The notes beneath the pieces are model-generated. The model saw nothing but the letters and a program-made list of their open reading frames with translations. It had not been told where the DNA came from and did no database searches. A program made the translations under genes and the position numbers. Below are positions 32,343 to 44,067 of a stretch of DNA of 64,000 bases, piece by piece (the first letter of the stretch is position 1; every line of letters begins with the position of its first letter). The stretch is taken from NCBI GenBank assembly GCA_947493455.1, contig CANLRB010000008.1, forward strand, positions 23,173 to 87,172, read 5' to 3'. The DNA is from an uncultured Pseudoalteromonas sp. Lineage in GTDB: Bacteria > Pseudomonadota > Gammaproteobacteria > Enterobacterales > Alteromonadaceae.

Positions 32343-33767
32343 ATGGACAAGCAAATCAAAGTAAAAAATATTCCGAGTGAAGTTAAGGTTCATAAGCCTG
32401 CGTCACAGCAATACGATCGCTTCAATCCGAGAAATCGAATTTACGTTCGTGCAGTGACGGGGTTGCATCAAATGCTGAGGCAGCGGCTCGGATTTATTGC
32501 GATGCTGAGTTTTATGCTATTGCCTTGGTTAAATTTTAACGAACAACAAGCTATCTTGTTTGATATTTTTAATCAGCAATTTACCATTTTTGGGCTCACC
32601 TTGTGGCCACAGGATTTAACTATTCTAGCCTGGCTATTTATTATTGGCGCGTTTGCGCTGTTTTTAGTGACGACATTCTACGGGCGGGTGTGGTGCGGTT
32701 ATATGTGTCCGCAAACTGTTTGGACCTTTATTTTTATTTGGTTTGAAGAGCGCATTGAAGGCAGTGCTAATCAGCGCAAAAAGCTTGATCAGCGTAAAAT
32801 GGATTTTGATAAGTTTTGGCGCAAATCGCTCAAACACACAAGTTGGGTCTTATTCTCTTTGTTTACGTCACTCACTTTTGCCGGTTATTTCACGCCAATA
32901 CGTGACTTAATGGTTGATTTTTTTACCTTTGAAGCAAGTGCTTATGCGGTTGGCTCGGTACTTTTCTTCACGTTTTGTACCTATGGTAATGCAGGTTGGA
33001 TGCGTGAAATTATGTGTTTGCACATGTGTCCGTATTCGCGTTTTCAGTCAGCAATGTTTGATAAAGATACCTTTACAGTGGCCTACGATGCAGCGCGAGG
33101 TGAAAATCGCGGTCCGCGCGGCCGTAAACAAGATCCAAAAGCATTAGGTTTAGGTGACTGTATCGATTGCAGTTTATGTGTACAAGTTTGTCCAACAGGT
33201 ATTGATATTCGTAACGGCCTGCAATATGAATGTATTAATTGTGGTGCATGTATTGATGCCTGTGATGGTGTAATGGAAAAAATGAAGTATGACAAAGGGC
33301 TCATCTCGTACACAACAGAGCGCAACTTAGAGTCAGCTAAAAAGACTCATGTTTTGCGACCTAAACTGATTGGCTATAGCGTTGTACTACTGGTTATGTG
33401 TGGCATTCTCGCGGCTGATATTATGACGCGGATGCCGATGGATCTTGATATCATTCGTGATCGCAACCAATTATTTAGAATTAATAATGAAGGGTTAGTT
33501 GAAAATACTTATACGCTCAAAGTATTGAATAAGTCGCAGCAGGTTCAACGTTATCAAATTAGCGTTGAAGGGTTAGATCAATTTGAAGTTTTAGGAAAAA
33601 CAGAGTTTGATGTAAATTCGGGCGAATCATATAGCGTTCCGCTGTCGATTGTGGTTGACCCTTATGATTTGAAACGGCCTGTCACTGAGTTTAACTTTGT
33701 GTTGCAACCTGTAACGGATCCCTCAACTCAGCTTGCTCAACCAAGTAACTTTTTTAAAGGTCGCTAG
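32343..33767 (+). CDS. ccoG: CcoG/FixG/RdxA-family 4Fe-4S ferredoxin membrane protein
   Basis: CGYMCPQ, CIDCSLCVQVCPTGIDIR and CINCGACIDAC clusters. C-terminal Ig-like domain. ATG at 32343 is preferred. Confidence 0.85.
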   Translation: MDKQIKVKNIPSEVKVHKPASQQYDRFNPRNRIYVRAVTGLHQMLRQRLGFIAMLSFMLLPWLNFNEQQAILFDIFNQQFTIFGLTLWPQDLTILAWLFIIGAFALFLVTTFYGRVWCGYMCPQTVWTFIFIWFEERIEGSANQRKKLDQRKMDFDKFWRKSLKHTSWVLFSLFTSLTFAGYFTPIRDLMVDFFTFEASAYAVGSVLFFTFCTYGNAGWMREIMCLHMCPYSRFQSAMFDKDTFTVAYDAARGENRGPRGRKQDPKALGLGDCIDCSLCVQVCPTGIDIRNGLQYECINCGACIDACDGVMEKMKYDKGLISYTTERNLESAKKTHVLRPKLIGYSVVLLVMCGILAADIMTRMPMDLDIIRDRNQLFRINNEGLVENTYTLKVLNKSQQVQRYQISVEGLDQFEVLGKTEFDVNSGESYSVPLSIVVDPYDLKRPVTEFNFVLQPVTDPSTQLAQPSNFFKGR

Positions 33768-33779
33768 CACTTAAAGTCA

Positions 33780-33801
33780 GCCCAATACACATGTATTGGG
33801 C
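33780..33801 (+). terminator. Hairpin after ccoG
   Basis: GCCCAATACA..TGTATTGGGC palindrome. No T-run. Confidence 0.4.
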
Positions 33802-33887
33802 ATGTGAAACTAAAATGATTACCCAGTTCTAAGTTGATTGCTATACAATCGTGTTTACTGTTAGCAATTAACTGACCTGTGGTAGTA

Positions 33888-34862
33888 ATGAGCGAGTATT
33901 TATTTAGTAATTTAACGCCGGACTTAATTTTAGATGCAATAGAGAGCTTGGGTATTTACCCTGAGTCTGGGTTGCTTGCTTTAAATAGCTATGAAAACCG
34001 TGTGTATCAGTTTTTAGCGGATGATGGTCAACGTTACGTTGCAAAATTCTATCGTCCACAGCGCTGGACTAATGCGCAAATTCAAGAAGAGCATGATTTT
34101 TCTCATCAGCTAGAGACTGCCGAAATACCGATTGCAGCTCCGTTAAACTTTGACAATAAAACACTGTTTAACTATCAAGGATATCGATTTGCGCTGTTTA
34201 ACAGTGTCGGTGGACGTATTTTTGAAGTTGATAACTTAGATCAACTCGAGGTATTAGGTCGATTTATAGGGCGCTTGCATCAAGAAGGGCAAAAAGCTCC
34301 ATTTAAATATCGCCCACAACTTTCGACAGAAGAGTTTTTAATTAACGCTAAAGAAAATATTCTGCAATCCGATTTAGTGTCTCACGCTATGTTACTTCCT
34401 TTTACCACTGTATTAGATCAAGTCAGTGAGCTTACCTTTGAAAAATATGTTCCGTTTAACGAGATCCGCTTGCATGGGGACTGTCATGCAGGCAATATTC
34501 TATGGACAGGCGAAGAACTGATGTTTGTTGACCTTGATGATGCTCGTCAGGGGCCAGCAATTCAAGATTTGTGGATGATGCTAAGTGGCGATCGTGCCAA
34601 TCAAACACTGCAGTTAGACACCTTATTGTGTGCCTATCAAGAGTTTTGCGATTTTGATTATCGCGAATTGCAATTGATTGAGCCACTTAGAGCGATGCGT
34701 ATGATTAATTATATGGGGTGGCTAGCAAAAAGATGGCATGACCCTGCATTTCAGCGGAACTTTTCGTGGTTTGCTTCAGACAAATACTGGGAGCAACAGG
34801 TTCTCGCGCTAAAAGAACAACTTGCGGCTTTACATGAGCCCGCATTAACATTAACACCATAA
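33888..34862 (+). CDS. srkA: Stress-response Ser/Thr kinase SrkA (RdoA/YihE)
   Basis: HGDCHAGNILW catalytic loop and FVDLDD. Immediately upstream of dsbA, as in E. coli yihE-dsbA. Confidence 0.88.
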   Translation: MSEYLFSNLTPDLILDAIESLGIYPESGLLALNSYENRVYQFLADDGQRYVAKFYRPQRWTNAQIQEEHDFSHQLETAEIPIAAPLNFDNKTLFNYQGYRFALFNSVGGRIFEVDNLDQLEVLGRFIGRLHQEGQKAPFKYRPQLSTEEFLINAKENILQSDLVSHAMLLPFTTVLDQVSELTFEKYVPFNEIRLHGDCHAGNILWTGEELMFVDLDDARQGPAIQDLWMMLSGDRANQTLQLDTLLCAYQEFCDFDYRELQLIEPLRAMRMINYMGWLAKRWHDPAFQRNFSWFASDKYWEQQVLALKEQLAALHEPALTLTP

Positions 34863-34871
34863 GAGTACATA

Positions 34872-35501
34872 ATGATTAAATATACTAAATTACTACTTAT
34901 ATTTTTGTTTTTACCTCTTGTCGCTTGTGCTGAGAAGTCAGCCTTTGAAGAAGACAAGCACTATACAGTGATTACCACTGAGCGATCAGCAAAACCACAA
35001 GTTACCGAGTTTTTCTCATATTTTTGTCCGCACTGCGCAAAGTTTGAAGGTGTTGCACAACGTCTAGACAAAGAGCTTGCTCCAGGTGTTTTTGTTAAGA
35101 ATCATGTGAATTTTATGCGTAGTTCTCCAACAGAAGCGCAAAGTGCACTGTCAATGGGCTACATAATCGCAAAGCAGCTTGGTAAGGGTGATATTGCGAG
35201 TAATGCGATATTTTCTTATATCCACAATCAACGTGGTCACGTTGCAACACTAAAAGATGTTCGCAGTATGTTTCTTGTTAATGATGTGATGACAGGCGAA
35301 GAGTTTGACCGATTATCTACTTCGGTTGTTGTTAATGGTCAGCAACAATATATGGTTGAACAGCAGGATCGTTTTGCTAAATTGGGTGCATTAAACTCAG
35401 TGCCAACCTTTATTGTTAATGATATCTATAAGTTAGATATTTCATCGGTGAGCTCTTATGAAGAATTAAAAGCGCTAATCGATTACTTATTAGAAAAATA
35501 G
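34872..35501 (+). CDS. dsbA: Thiol:disulfide interchange protein DsbA paralog with a lipobox-type signal
   Basis: CPHC active site (FFSYFCPHCAKFE). N-terminus LLLIFLFLPLVAC contains a lipobox, L-V-A-C. Confidence 0.85.
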   Translation: MIKYTKLLLIFLFLPLVACAEKSAFEEDKHYTVITTERSAKPQVTEFFSYFCPHCAKFEGVAQRLDKELAPGVFVKNHVNFMRSSPTEAQSALSMGYIIAKQLGKGDIASNAIFSYIHNQRGHVATLKDVRSMFLVNDVMTGEEFDRLSTSVVVNGQQQYMVEQQDRFAKLGALNSVPTFIVNDIYKLDISSVSSYEELKALIDYLLEK

Positions 35502-35521
35502 TTTAATTCTGGAGAAGAAGA

Positions 35522-36154
35522 ATGAAAATGTTAGTAAAAGCTTCGTTGTTGGCATTAATGATGCCTGTGATTGCCTTAGCTAATCAGTTTAAAGAAGGCG
35601 TGCACTATGAAGTGATTTCAGATAGAGCAACAACGACGCCACAAGTGAATGAGTTTTTCTCTTTCTATTGTCCAGCGTGTAACAATATGGAAAACGTACT
35701 TATTGACGTTAAGCCATTGCTTAATAAAGAAGTAAAGTTTAAAAAGACGCATGTTAACTTTATGGGTGGACGCTCAAAAGAAAATCAAGAGATGTTGTCT
35801 CAAGCGCTTGCTGTTGCAGAAGCGTTTCCGCAAAAAGACAAAATTATTGCCGGACTATTTAAGCATATTCATGGTGAGCGCAAGTCAATTAATGAACTCG
35901 CTGACGTGAAAGATATATTTGTTGCGCAAGGCGTTGAAGAAGCTAAATTTGACAAGTATTTTAAGAGTTTCAGTATCCGTACTAAAGCGAAAAAAATGCA
36001 GAAAGACCAAGAATTCTTTAAAGGAAAAGGTGCTCTAAAAGGCGTACCAACATTTATTGTTAATGGTAAGTATAAACTTAACGTTGGTGGTAAAAATGGT
36101 GTGCGTAGCCCAGAAGATATGGCAAGCCTTATTAACTTCTTAGCGACTAAGTAG
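35522..36154 (+). CDS. Thiol:disulfide interchange protein DsbA paralog (periplasmic)
   Basis: CPAC active site (FFSFYCPACNNME). Type I signal peptide ending IALA/NQ. GVPTFIVNGKY cis-Pro loop. Confidence 0.85.
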   Translation: MKMLVKASLLALMMPVIALANQFKEGVHYEVISDRATTTPQVNEFFSFYCPACNNMENVLIDVKPLLNKEVKFKKTHVNFMGGRSKENQEMLSQALAVAEAFPQKDKIIAGLFKHIHGERKSINELADVKDIFVAQGVEEAKFDKYFKSFSIRTKAKKMQKDQEFFKGKGALKGVPTFIVNGKYKLNVGGKNGVRSPEDMASLINFLATK

Positions 36155-36167
36155 TAAAAAATAGTAT

Positions 36168-36199
36168 GCGGCCTGATTGATTCCAATAGGCCGCTTTTT
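36168..36199. terminator. Bidirectional terminator between dsbA2 and the wHTH regulator
   Basis: GCGGCCT-N13-AGGCCGC followed by TTTTT. Confidence 0.7.
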
Positions 36200-36779
36200 A
36201 ATTAATACAGTAACCTTGATTGTGCACTGTTTTTATAACGTGTTCCCCATACCCCGCCTCACATAGTTTACGTCGAATATTACACATATGCATATCAATC
36301 GTTTGATTCAGTTGATTGAGTGGCTTGCGCAACGCGTGAAGCTGTAATTCTTGTTTAGCAACAACATTGCCCTTAAGTTCGAATAAATAAGCAATGAGCT
36401 TTTTCTCGGTCTTGGTTAATGTGAGCTTCTCGATTGTGACCGAGGTTAGTACAGGTGTATCACAGGATAAGTGCATGATCTGTTGTATTTGTTGGCCAAT
36501 GTCTAAGTCTGAGCTTATGACGATGTGATCTTGCTCTAGCTGATCAGTAATCATCACAGTTTTAATTGAAAATGTATCTTTCACGTAATTAAGTAACTGT
36601 TCTTGCTCGATTGACGCTAGGTGTTGGTCGGCGATGACGAGGTCTATATTTTGTGTGGCGGCGATAAACAGCGCATCCTGGCCATCGGCGCTATTGAATA
36701 ACGTATGTTCCGTGTTACTCAATTGTGTGTCTAATTGTCGAACTAATTGTGTGTTTGATGAAGCTAATAGTATGCTCAT
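36198..36779 (-). CDS. OmpR/PhoB-type winged-helix regulator with a degenerate (pseudo-)receiver domain
   Basis: C-terminal Trans_reg_C-like segment LTKTEKKLIAYLF...IDMHMCNIRRKL...IKTVHNQGY. The N-terminal CheY-like fold starts ILLASSN in place of the usual acidic pair (ILxVDDD). Confidence 0.7.
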   Translation of the reverse strand: MSILLASSNTQLVRQLDTQLSNTEHTLFNSADGQDALFIAATQNIDLVIADQHLASIEQEQLLNYVKDTFSIKTVMITDQLEQDHIVISSDLDIGQQIQQIMHLSCDTPVLTSVTIEKLTLTKTEKKLIAYLFELKGNVVAKQELQLHALRKPLNQLNQTIDMHMCNIRRKLCEAGYGEHVIKTVHNQGYCIN

Positions 36780-36975
36780 AAAATCAAATTGATAATAATT
36801 CTCATTTCGCTATTCTAGGCGAGAAAATTGTTTTTTCCAAGTGCAATTTAAGTTTAATGTTAAATGATCTAATTCATTTTAAGATTGATTAAGAACAATA
36901 AATAGGTGTGCGATGCTGGAAAAATAACCTTCATGTGCTTCACTTAGATTATATAACCGCGCATGGAATAACAAA

Positions 36976-38097
36976 ATGGCAGCTGAGCAAAGGCAAATCG
37001 TTGTATTCGATAGTAATGAATCTGAATTAATCTCCACTAAAAAATGCATTGAATATATTTGGGCAGGTCCAATTTTGTGTGAAACAAAATTAGAAGCGAC
37101 CCAACCGCTGCTCGTAAATAGTAAAAGTGATGATATTTTTGTTTTTTGTTATGAATCTTTTATTGGGGTTGATATTGCCAGCTGGCTATTAGGAACCGGT
37201 TTTAAAGGCCGCCTAATTCTGATGCGCCGCACTCACGATGAACTTCCTGCGTTTTTACCCTGTGAGTTGTTAAAGGTCGTACAAAAACCCGCTAAGTTGC
37301 ACGATTTTAGTGATGTTATAAGTAATACTGCGGCAACACAATCCAAAGAGTCTAGCTTTACAAAAGAATTGATTGAAACGGTTCTTGATCGGCGTGACGC
37401 ATTTTATCTCGAATTTCAGCCTCAGTATCGTGCCCAGACTGAAAAACTATGGGGTTTTGAGTGCTTTGCGCGGTTCCAGCATTTGGGTGAAAAGCTTGAA
37501 ACAAGAAAAGTACTAAGTGCGATTGCTGAATTCAACTTAATGGAAACATTTTCTCGCGTCTTTTTTGCGCGATTAGGCGAATTATTGCCTGCTTTTAGCG
37601 GTGTGCATTTATCAATTAACTTTTCTCTTTACGATGTTGAAAACTTTGATCTGTTATCTGTTGTTAAAAAGAATTTTGATAATACGAGTATCAATCCGGA
37701 AAAAATTGTTTTTGAGTTCTCATACTTAGCGTATTTTTCGTCAAAAACGCGTGCAATAAACTTACTGACAACATTAAAGTCAGAAGGGTTCCAGCTTGCA
37801 ATTGAAGATGGAACGGCCTTAGTAGGCAAACTGGAAAAGCTGCCGTTAATGATCGACGAAGTAAAATTGCCCATTAGTCAGTTAACCGGTGAGAATATGT
37901 TTCAGCACCACCGCGAAATAAGTAATTTAGCGCATCGTATGGATGTACGTATTGTGATGACAAAAGTGGAACGCTATCAAGATGTGAAAATGGCAGCGAG
38001 CGTTGCGCCAAACTCAATTGTACAAGGTTATTATTTGGCACCGCCTGTATCCATTGAGCATGTGTTTGAACTATTGCAGGCAAATCATTCTGGCTAA
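36976..38097 (+). CDS. EAL-domain protein with degenerate catalytic motifs and an N-terminal receiver-like domain
   Basis: EAL-fold landmarks: FQPQY, GFECFARF, LSINFS, QGYYLAPP. Metal and catalytic motifs are altered: ExTE to EFSY, DDFGTG to EDGTA, KxD to KLP, EGVE to TKVE. Confidence 0.75.
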   Translation: MAAEQRQIVVFDSNESELISTKKCIEYIWAGPILCETKLEATQPLLVNSKSDDIFVFCYESFIGVDIASWLLGTGFKGRLILMRRTHDELPAFLPCELLKVVQKPAKLHDFSDVISNTAATQSKESSFTKELIETVLDRRDAFYLEFQPQYRAQTEKLWGFECFARFQHLGEKLETRKVLSAIAEFNLMETFSRVFFARLGELLPAFSGVHLSINFSLYDVENFDLLSVVKKNFDNTSINPEKIVFEFSYLAYFSSKTRAINLLTTLKSEGFQLAIEDGTALVGKLEKLPLMIDEVKLPISQLTGENMFQHHREISNLAHRMDVRIVMTKVERYQDVKMAASVAPNSIVQGYYLAPPVSIEHVFELLQANHSG

Positions 38098-38314
38098 ATT
38101 GAAATTAGCGTTAGCTATGTTGTAAGTGAGCAATAAGCTGGTTAATTATTTTAATTTTCAAGCTGTGGTGAATTTATTTTTCTTACTAGCCTTCTATATT
38201 GATTTTTATTTTCTTTAAAATGTTTGTTTTATTCGCTTTGTTGAATAATTTATGCTTGTTTTGTTTTTTTTCAAGTGGTACAAATAGCGTCAATTAAAGG
38301 TACTAGACAAAATT

Positions 38315-38377
38315 ATGAACACAATGAATAACACACTACTCATTAACCTCCTACTCCTGAATCGATCGGGCGGGTGA
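38315..38377 (+). CDS. leuL: leu operon leader peptide
   Basis: 20 codons, MNTMNNTLLINLLLLNRSGG, with six Leu codons in an eight-codon stretch. Followed by an attenuator hairpin and leuA. Confidence 0.8.
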   Translation: MNTMNNTLLINLLLLNRSGG

Positions 38378-38404
38378 TGTGTGCATTGTGCAAAGACTAA
38401 CAAA

Positions 38405-38428
38405 CCCCGCTCTTAGCGGGGTTTTTTT
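38405..38428 (+). terminator. leu attenuator (rho-independent terminator)
   Basis: CCCCGC-TCTTA-GCGGGG followed by TTTTTTT, 24 nt upstream of the leuA ATG. Confidence 0.85.
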
Positions 38429-38451
38429 ATATGTGGCCAACAGGGGCGATT

Positions 38452-41072
<2,621 letters not shown>

Positions 41073-41115
41073 CCAAACTGGAAACCGTCACCCAGTCTTT
41101 TAAGAGGGAATCATT

Positions 41116-42516
41116 GTGGCTCAAACCTTATACGATAAAATTTGGCAAGCACATAAGATCAAAGCAATTAATGAGCAGAGTGATCTGCTATACATAGATC
41201 GTCACTTAGTTCACGAAGTGACTTCGCCACAGGCGTTTGCGGGACTTAGAGAAGCAAATCGCAAAGTTCGTCGACCTGATAAAACATTTGCGACTATGGA
41301 TCATAATGTATCAACACAGAGTCGCTCACTTGATGCGGCAAGTGAAGTATCAAAGAATCAATTAATGGCACTTAAGCAAAACTGTGAAGAGTTTGGCGTG
41401 CCTTTATACGACTTGAATTCAATTAATCAGGGTATCGTGCATGTAATGGGGCCGGAGCAGGGAATTACCTTACCGGGCACGACCATTGTATGCGGCGATA
41501 GCCATACCTCGACACACGGTGCATTTGGTGCGCTGGCCCATGGTATCGGGACATCGGAAGTAGAGCATGTACTTGCAACGCAAACGCTTCAGCAGAAAAA
41601 AGCAAAAAGCTTAAAAATTCAAATTAATGGCGAGCTAAAGCCAGGTGTTACAGCCAAAGATATGATTTTGGCGGTTATCGGCGAATTGGGTACTGCTGGT
41701 GGTACAGGGTATGTCGCTGAATTTTGTGGCTCAGCAATCGAATCGCTTTCAATGGAAGCGCGTATGACCTTGTGTAATATGAGCATTGAAATGGGGGCGA
41801 AGGCGGGCCTTATTGCGCCTGATCAAGTGACGTATGGTTACTTAAATGGGCGTCCATTTGCGCCAAAAGGTGATGACTGGGATGCCGCATTAACGTATTG
41901 GCAAACATTACACAGTGATGATGATGCTGAGTTTGATTTGAGCATTGTAATTGATTCAAACACGATTCAACCTCAAGTGACTTGGGGCACGAGCCCTGAA
42001 CAGGTTATTGGTATAAATGAAGTGATCCCAGATCCTGAACAAGAGAGCGACCTTATTAAGGCCGATTCGATTCGCCGTGCCTTGACTTATATGGACTTGA
42101 AACCAGGTCAACGTATTGCTGATGTAGCGGTCGACACTGTGTTTATTGGTAGTTGTACCAACAGTCGAATTGAAGACTTGCGGGCTGCAGCGACATTGGT
42201 TGCTGGCAAGCAGGTTGCCCAAGGAGTGCAAGCGCTGATTGTACCGGGTTCTGGGTTAGTGAAACAACAAGCTGAGCAAGAAGGATTGGCAGAGATTTTT
42301 AAACAAGCAGGTTTTGAGTGGCGTGAACCGGGTTGCTCTATGTGTTTGGCGATGAATGATGACAGATTAGAGTTTGGCAAACGCTGTGCGTCAACTTCAA
42401 ACCGCAATTTTGAAGGGCGCCAAGGCCGCGGCGGCCGTACGCACTTAGTGAGTCCAGCAATGGCGGCTGCAGCTGCAATCGCAGGTAAATTTGTTGATAT
42501 TAGAGGAGAAGCATAA
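41116..42516 (+). CDS. leuC: 3-isopropylmalate dehydratase large subunit
   Basis: 466 aa with aconitase-family Cys ligand contexts VCGDSHT, GSCTNSR and GCSMCL. Confidence 0.96.
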   Translation: MAQTLYDKIWQAHKIKAINEQSDLLYIDRHLVHEVTSPQAFAGLREANRKVRRPDKTFATMDHNVSTQSRSLDAASEVSKNQLMALKQNCEEFGVPLYDLNSINQGIVHVMGPEQGITLPGTTIVCGDSHTSTHGAFGALAHGIGTSEVEHVLATQTLQQKKAKSLKIQINGELKPGVTAKDMILAVIGELGTAGGTGYVAEFCGSAIESLSMEARMTLCNMSIEMGAKAGLIAPDQVTYGYLNGRPFAPKGDDWDAALTYWQTLHSDDDAEFDLSIVIDSNTIQPQVTWGTSPEQVIGINEVIPDPEQESDLIKADSIRRALTYMDLKPGQRIADVAVDTVFIGSCTNSRIEDLRAAATLVAGKQVAQGVQALIVPGSGLVKQQAEQEGLAEIFKQAGFEWREPGCSMCLAMNDDRLEFGKRCASTSNRNFEGRQGRGGRTHLVSPAMAAAAAIAGKFVDIRGEA

Positions 42517-43115
42517 TGGCTATTTTTCACAGTGGACTTGTTGCGCCTCTCGATAAAAATAATGTCGATACAGATCAGATAATTCCAAAACAGTTCTTAA
42601 CCTCAACCAGCCGCGATGGTTTTGATAAGGCGCTCTTTTATGATTGGCGTTATTTGGACAATGGTGAGGTGAATCCGGACTTTATTTTAAATGAACAAAA
42701 ATACCAAGGCGCCAGCATATTACTGACGCGTGATAACTTTGGTTGTGGTTCGTCTAGGGAGCACGCGCCGTGGGCATTAAAACAATATGGCTTTACAGTG
42801 ATTTTGGCGCAAAGTTTTGCCGATATCTTTTTCAATAACTGTATGAATAACCAAATGCTTGCGATTGCGCTTCCCGCGGCGACGCTCGACGTATTATTTG
42901 ATGTGGCGGCCAGTCATGAACAAGTAAATGCGCAAATCGATCTCGAAAATCAAGTGATCCGCAGCGAGCAATTTGCTGATATCCACTTTGAAATTCGTGC
43001 CGATATCAAACAACGATTGCTTTCTGGTCTTGATTTTATCGGCGTTACAGAAACAATGAATCAAGATATTGATGCGTTTGAAGCAAATTTGGCAAGCCAG
43101 CGTGCTTGGCAATAA
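42516..43115 (+). CDS. leuD: 3-isopropylmalate dehydratase small subunit
   Basis: 199 aa with GCGSSREHA. Start overlaps the leuC stop. Confidence 0.95.
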   Translation: MAIFHSGLVAPLDKNNVDTDQIIPKQFLTSTSRDGFDKALFYDWRYLDNGEVNPDFILNEQKYQGASILLTRDNFGCGSSREHAPWALKQYGFTVILAQSFADIFFNNCMNNQMLAIALPAATLDVLFDVAASHEQVNAQIDLENQVIRSEQFADIHFEIRADIKQRLLSGLDFIGVTETMNQDIDAFEANLASQRAWQ

Positions 43116-43126
43116 GTTATTTGCCT

Positions 43127-43156
43127 ATATATTGCGCATAGTCATGCGCAATATAT
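43127..43156 (+). terminator. Hairpin after leuD
   Basis: ATATATTGCGCAT-AGTC-ATGCGCAATATAT, a 13-bp perfect stem. The T-tract is weak. Confidence 0.55.
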
Positions 43157-43250
43157 TATCTCTTTATACCATTTAACAAACTCGACTCACCAAAATACGT
43201 TTTTTTGTTTACAATATACATATCATAAATTCCCCTGTTTATATTTCTTT

Positions 43251-43865
43251 ATGGATTCTTTATTACATTGGTTTGATTTGCTTGGCGTGGCGGTATTTGC
43301 CATTTCAGGTACGTTAGTGGCATATCGTAAAAAGCTAGACGGCTTTGGTGTGGTAATGCTGGCGTCAGTGACCGCTATCGGCGGTGGCACAATTCGCGAT
43401 TTGATTTTAGATGCCCCTGTTTTTTGGTTAAGGGATTCGACCTATTTGATTTCGATCTTGGTTGCCGCATTCATATCTATCGTTTGGTTAAATAAACAAA
43501 AACGTTTTCCACAAATTGCACTAGAGATTGCCGACTCGCTTGGTCTTGCTTTTTTTGTGGTGATGGGCACACAAAAAGCACTCGATTATGGGATGCCTGA
43601 CATGACCGCTGTGGTGATGGGTACATTTACCGGGTGTTTTGGCGGCATGCTTCGAGACGTACTCGCGCGGTCTATGCCTATGGTGCTCAAAAGTGAGCTT
43701 TATGCGACAACCTGTATTGTTGGCGGTATTTTATATACACAAAGCCTATCATTGGGGTTTGATACACCTGTGGCAATGGTTTTAGGCATGACTGGTACGT
43801 TAGGCTTACGTGCCGGAGCGATTAAGTGGGGTTGGAGCCTGCCTGTTTTTACTTATAAAAAATAA
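43251..43865 (+). CDS. TRIC-type/UPF0126 (YicG/YadS-like) membrane channel protein
   Basis: Seven-TM protein with duplicated glycine motifs: GGGTIRDLILD and CFGGMLRDVLA. Confidence 0.8.
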   Translation: MDSLLHWFDLLGVAVFAISGTLVAYRKKLDGFGVVMLASVTAIGGGTIRDLILDAPVFWLRDSTYLISILVAAFISIVWLNKQKRFPQIALEIADSLGLAFFVVMGTQKALDYGMPDMTAVVMGTFTGCFGGMLRDVLARSMPMVLKSELYATTCIVGGILYTQSLSLGFDTPVAMVLGMTGTLGLRAGAIKWGWSLPVFTYKK

Positions 43866-43935
43866 TTAGTTAGTCACTTTATAAATAAAGTGACTCGCGC
43901 TAGACTAAAGGGAGTACCAATTTAGGGACAAAGGA

Positions 43936-44067
43936 ATGTCATTAGCTCGAGTTTGTTGCCGTGCTCAAGTGGGAATTGAAGCACCACTGGTCACCATTGA
44001 AGTGCATATCACCCACGGTCTGCCTTCTTTTTCAATTGTGGGTTTTTATGCCGTAAGTGTGTTTTGA
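43936..44067 (+). pseudogene. comM: comM (yifB) 5' fragment, interrupted after codon 36
   Basis: MSLARVCCRAQVGIEAPLVTIEVHITHGLPSFSIVG matches the ComM/YifB N-terminus. The frame then reads element DNA (FYAVSVF) and stops at 44065-44067. Confidence 0.9.
44030..44042 (+). repeat. Left junction direct repeat (attL core)
   Basis: TTTCAATTGTGGG, identical to 50977..50989. Contains the palindrome CAATTG. Confidence 0.9.

Noticed and set aside
32343-33767. A stand-alone ccoG/fixG-like gene without adjacent ccoNOQP or ccoHIS, considered as a possible oddity.
   Set aside because: Unlinked RdxA/FixG paralogs are common. There is nothing unusual in the sequence itself.
38098-38314. A very AT-rich 217-bp tract with T-runs upstream of the leu leader, considered as a possible repeat element or ncRNA.
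   Set aside because: It looks like an ordinary curved, AT-rich promoter or Lrp-type upstream region. It has no internal repeat structure or stable hairpin.
3972-38451. N-terminal extensions suggested by the ORF track for rng (3972), the Ig-repeat lipoprotein (14203), hslR (19678), gspE (22793), gspG (25596), ccoG (32325), srkA (33879), leuA (38431) and, further on, the Sel1 protein (52444) and the response regulator (54971).
   Set aside because: In each case an internal ATG or GTG has a better RBS, and it either matches the conserved family N-terminus or signal peptide or removes an implausible overlap with the upstream gene or terminator.
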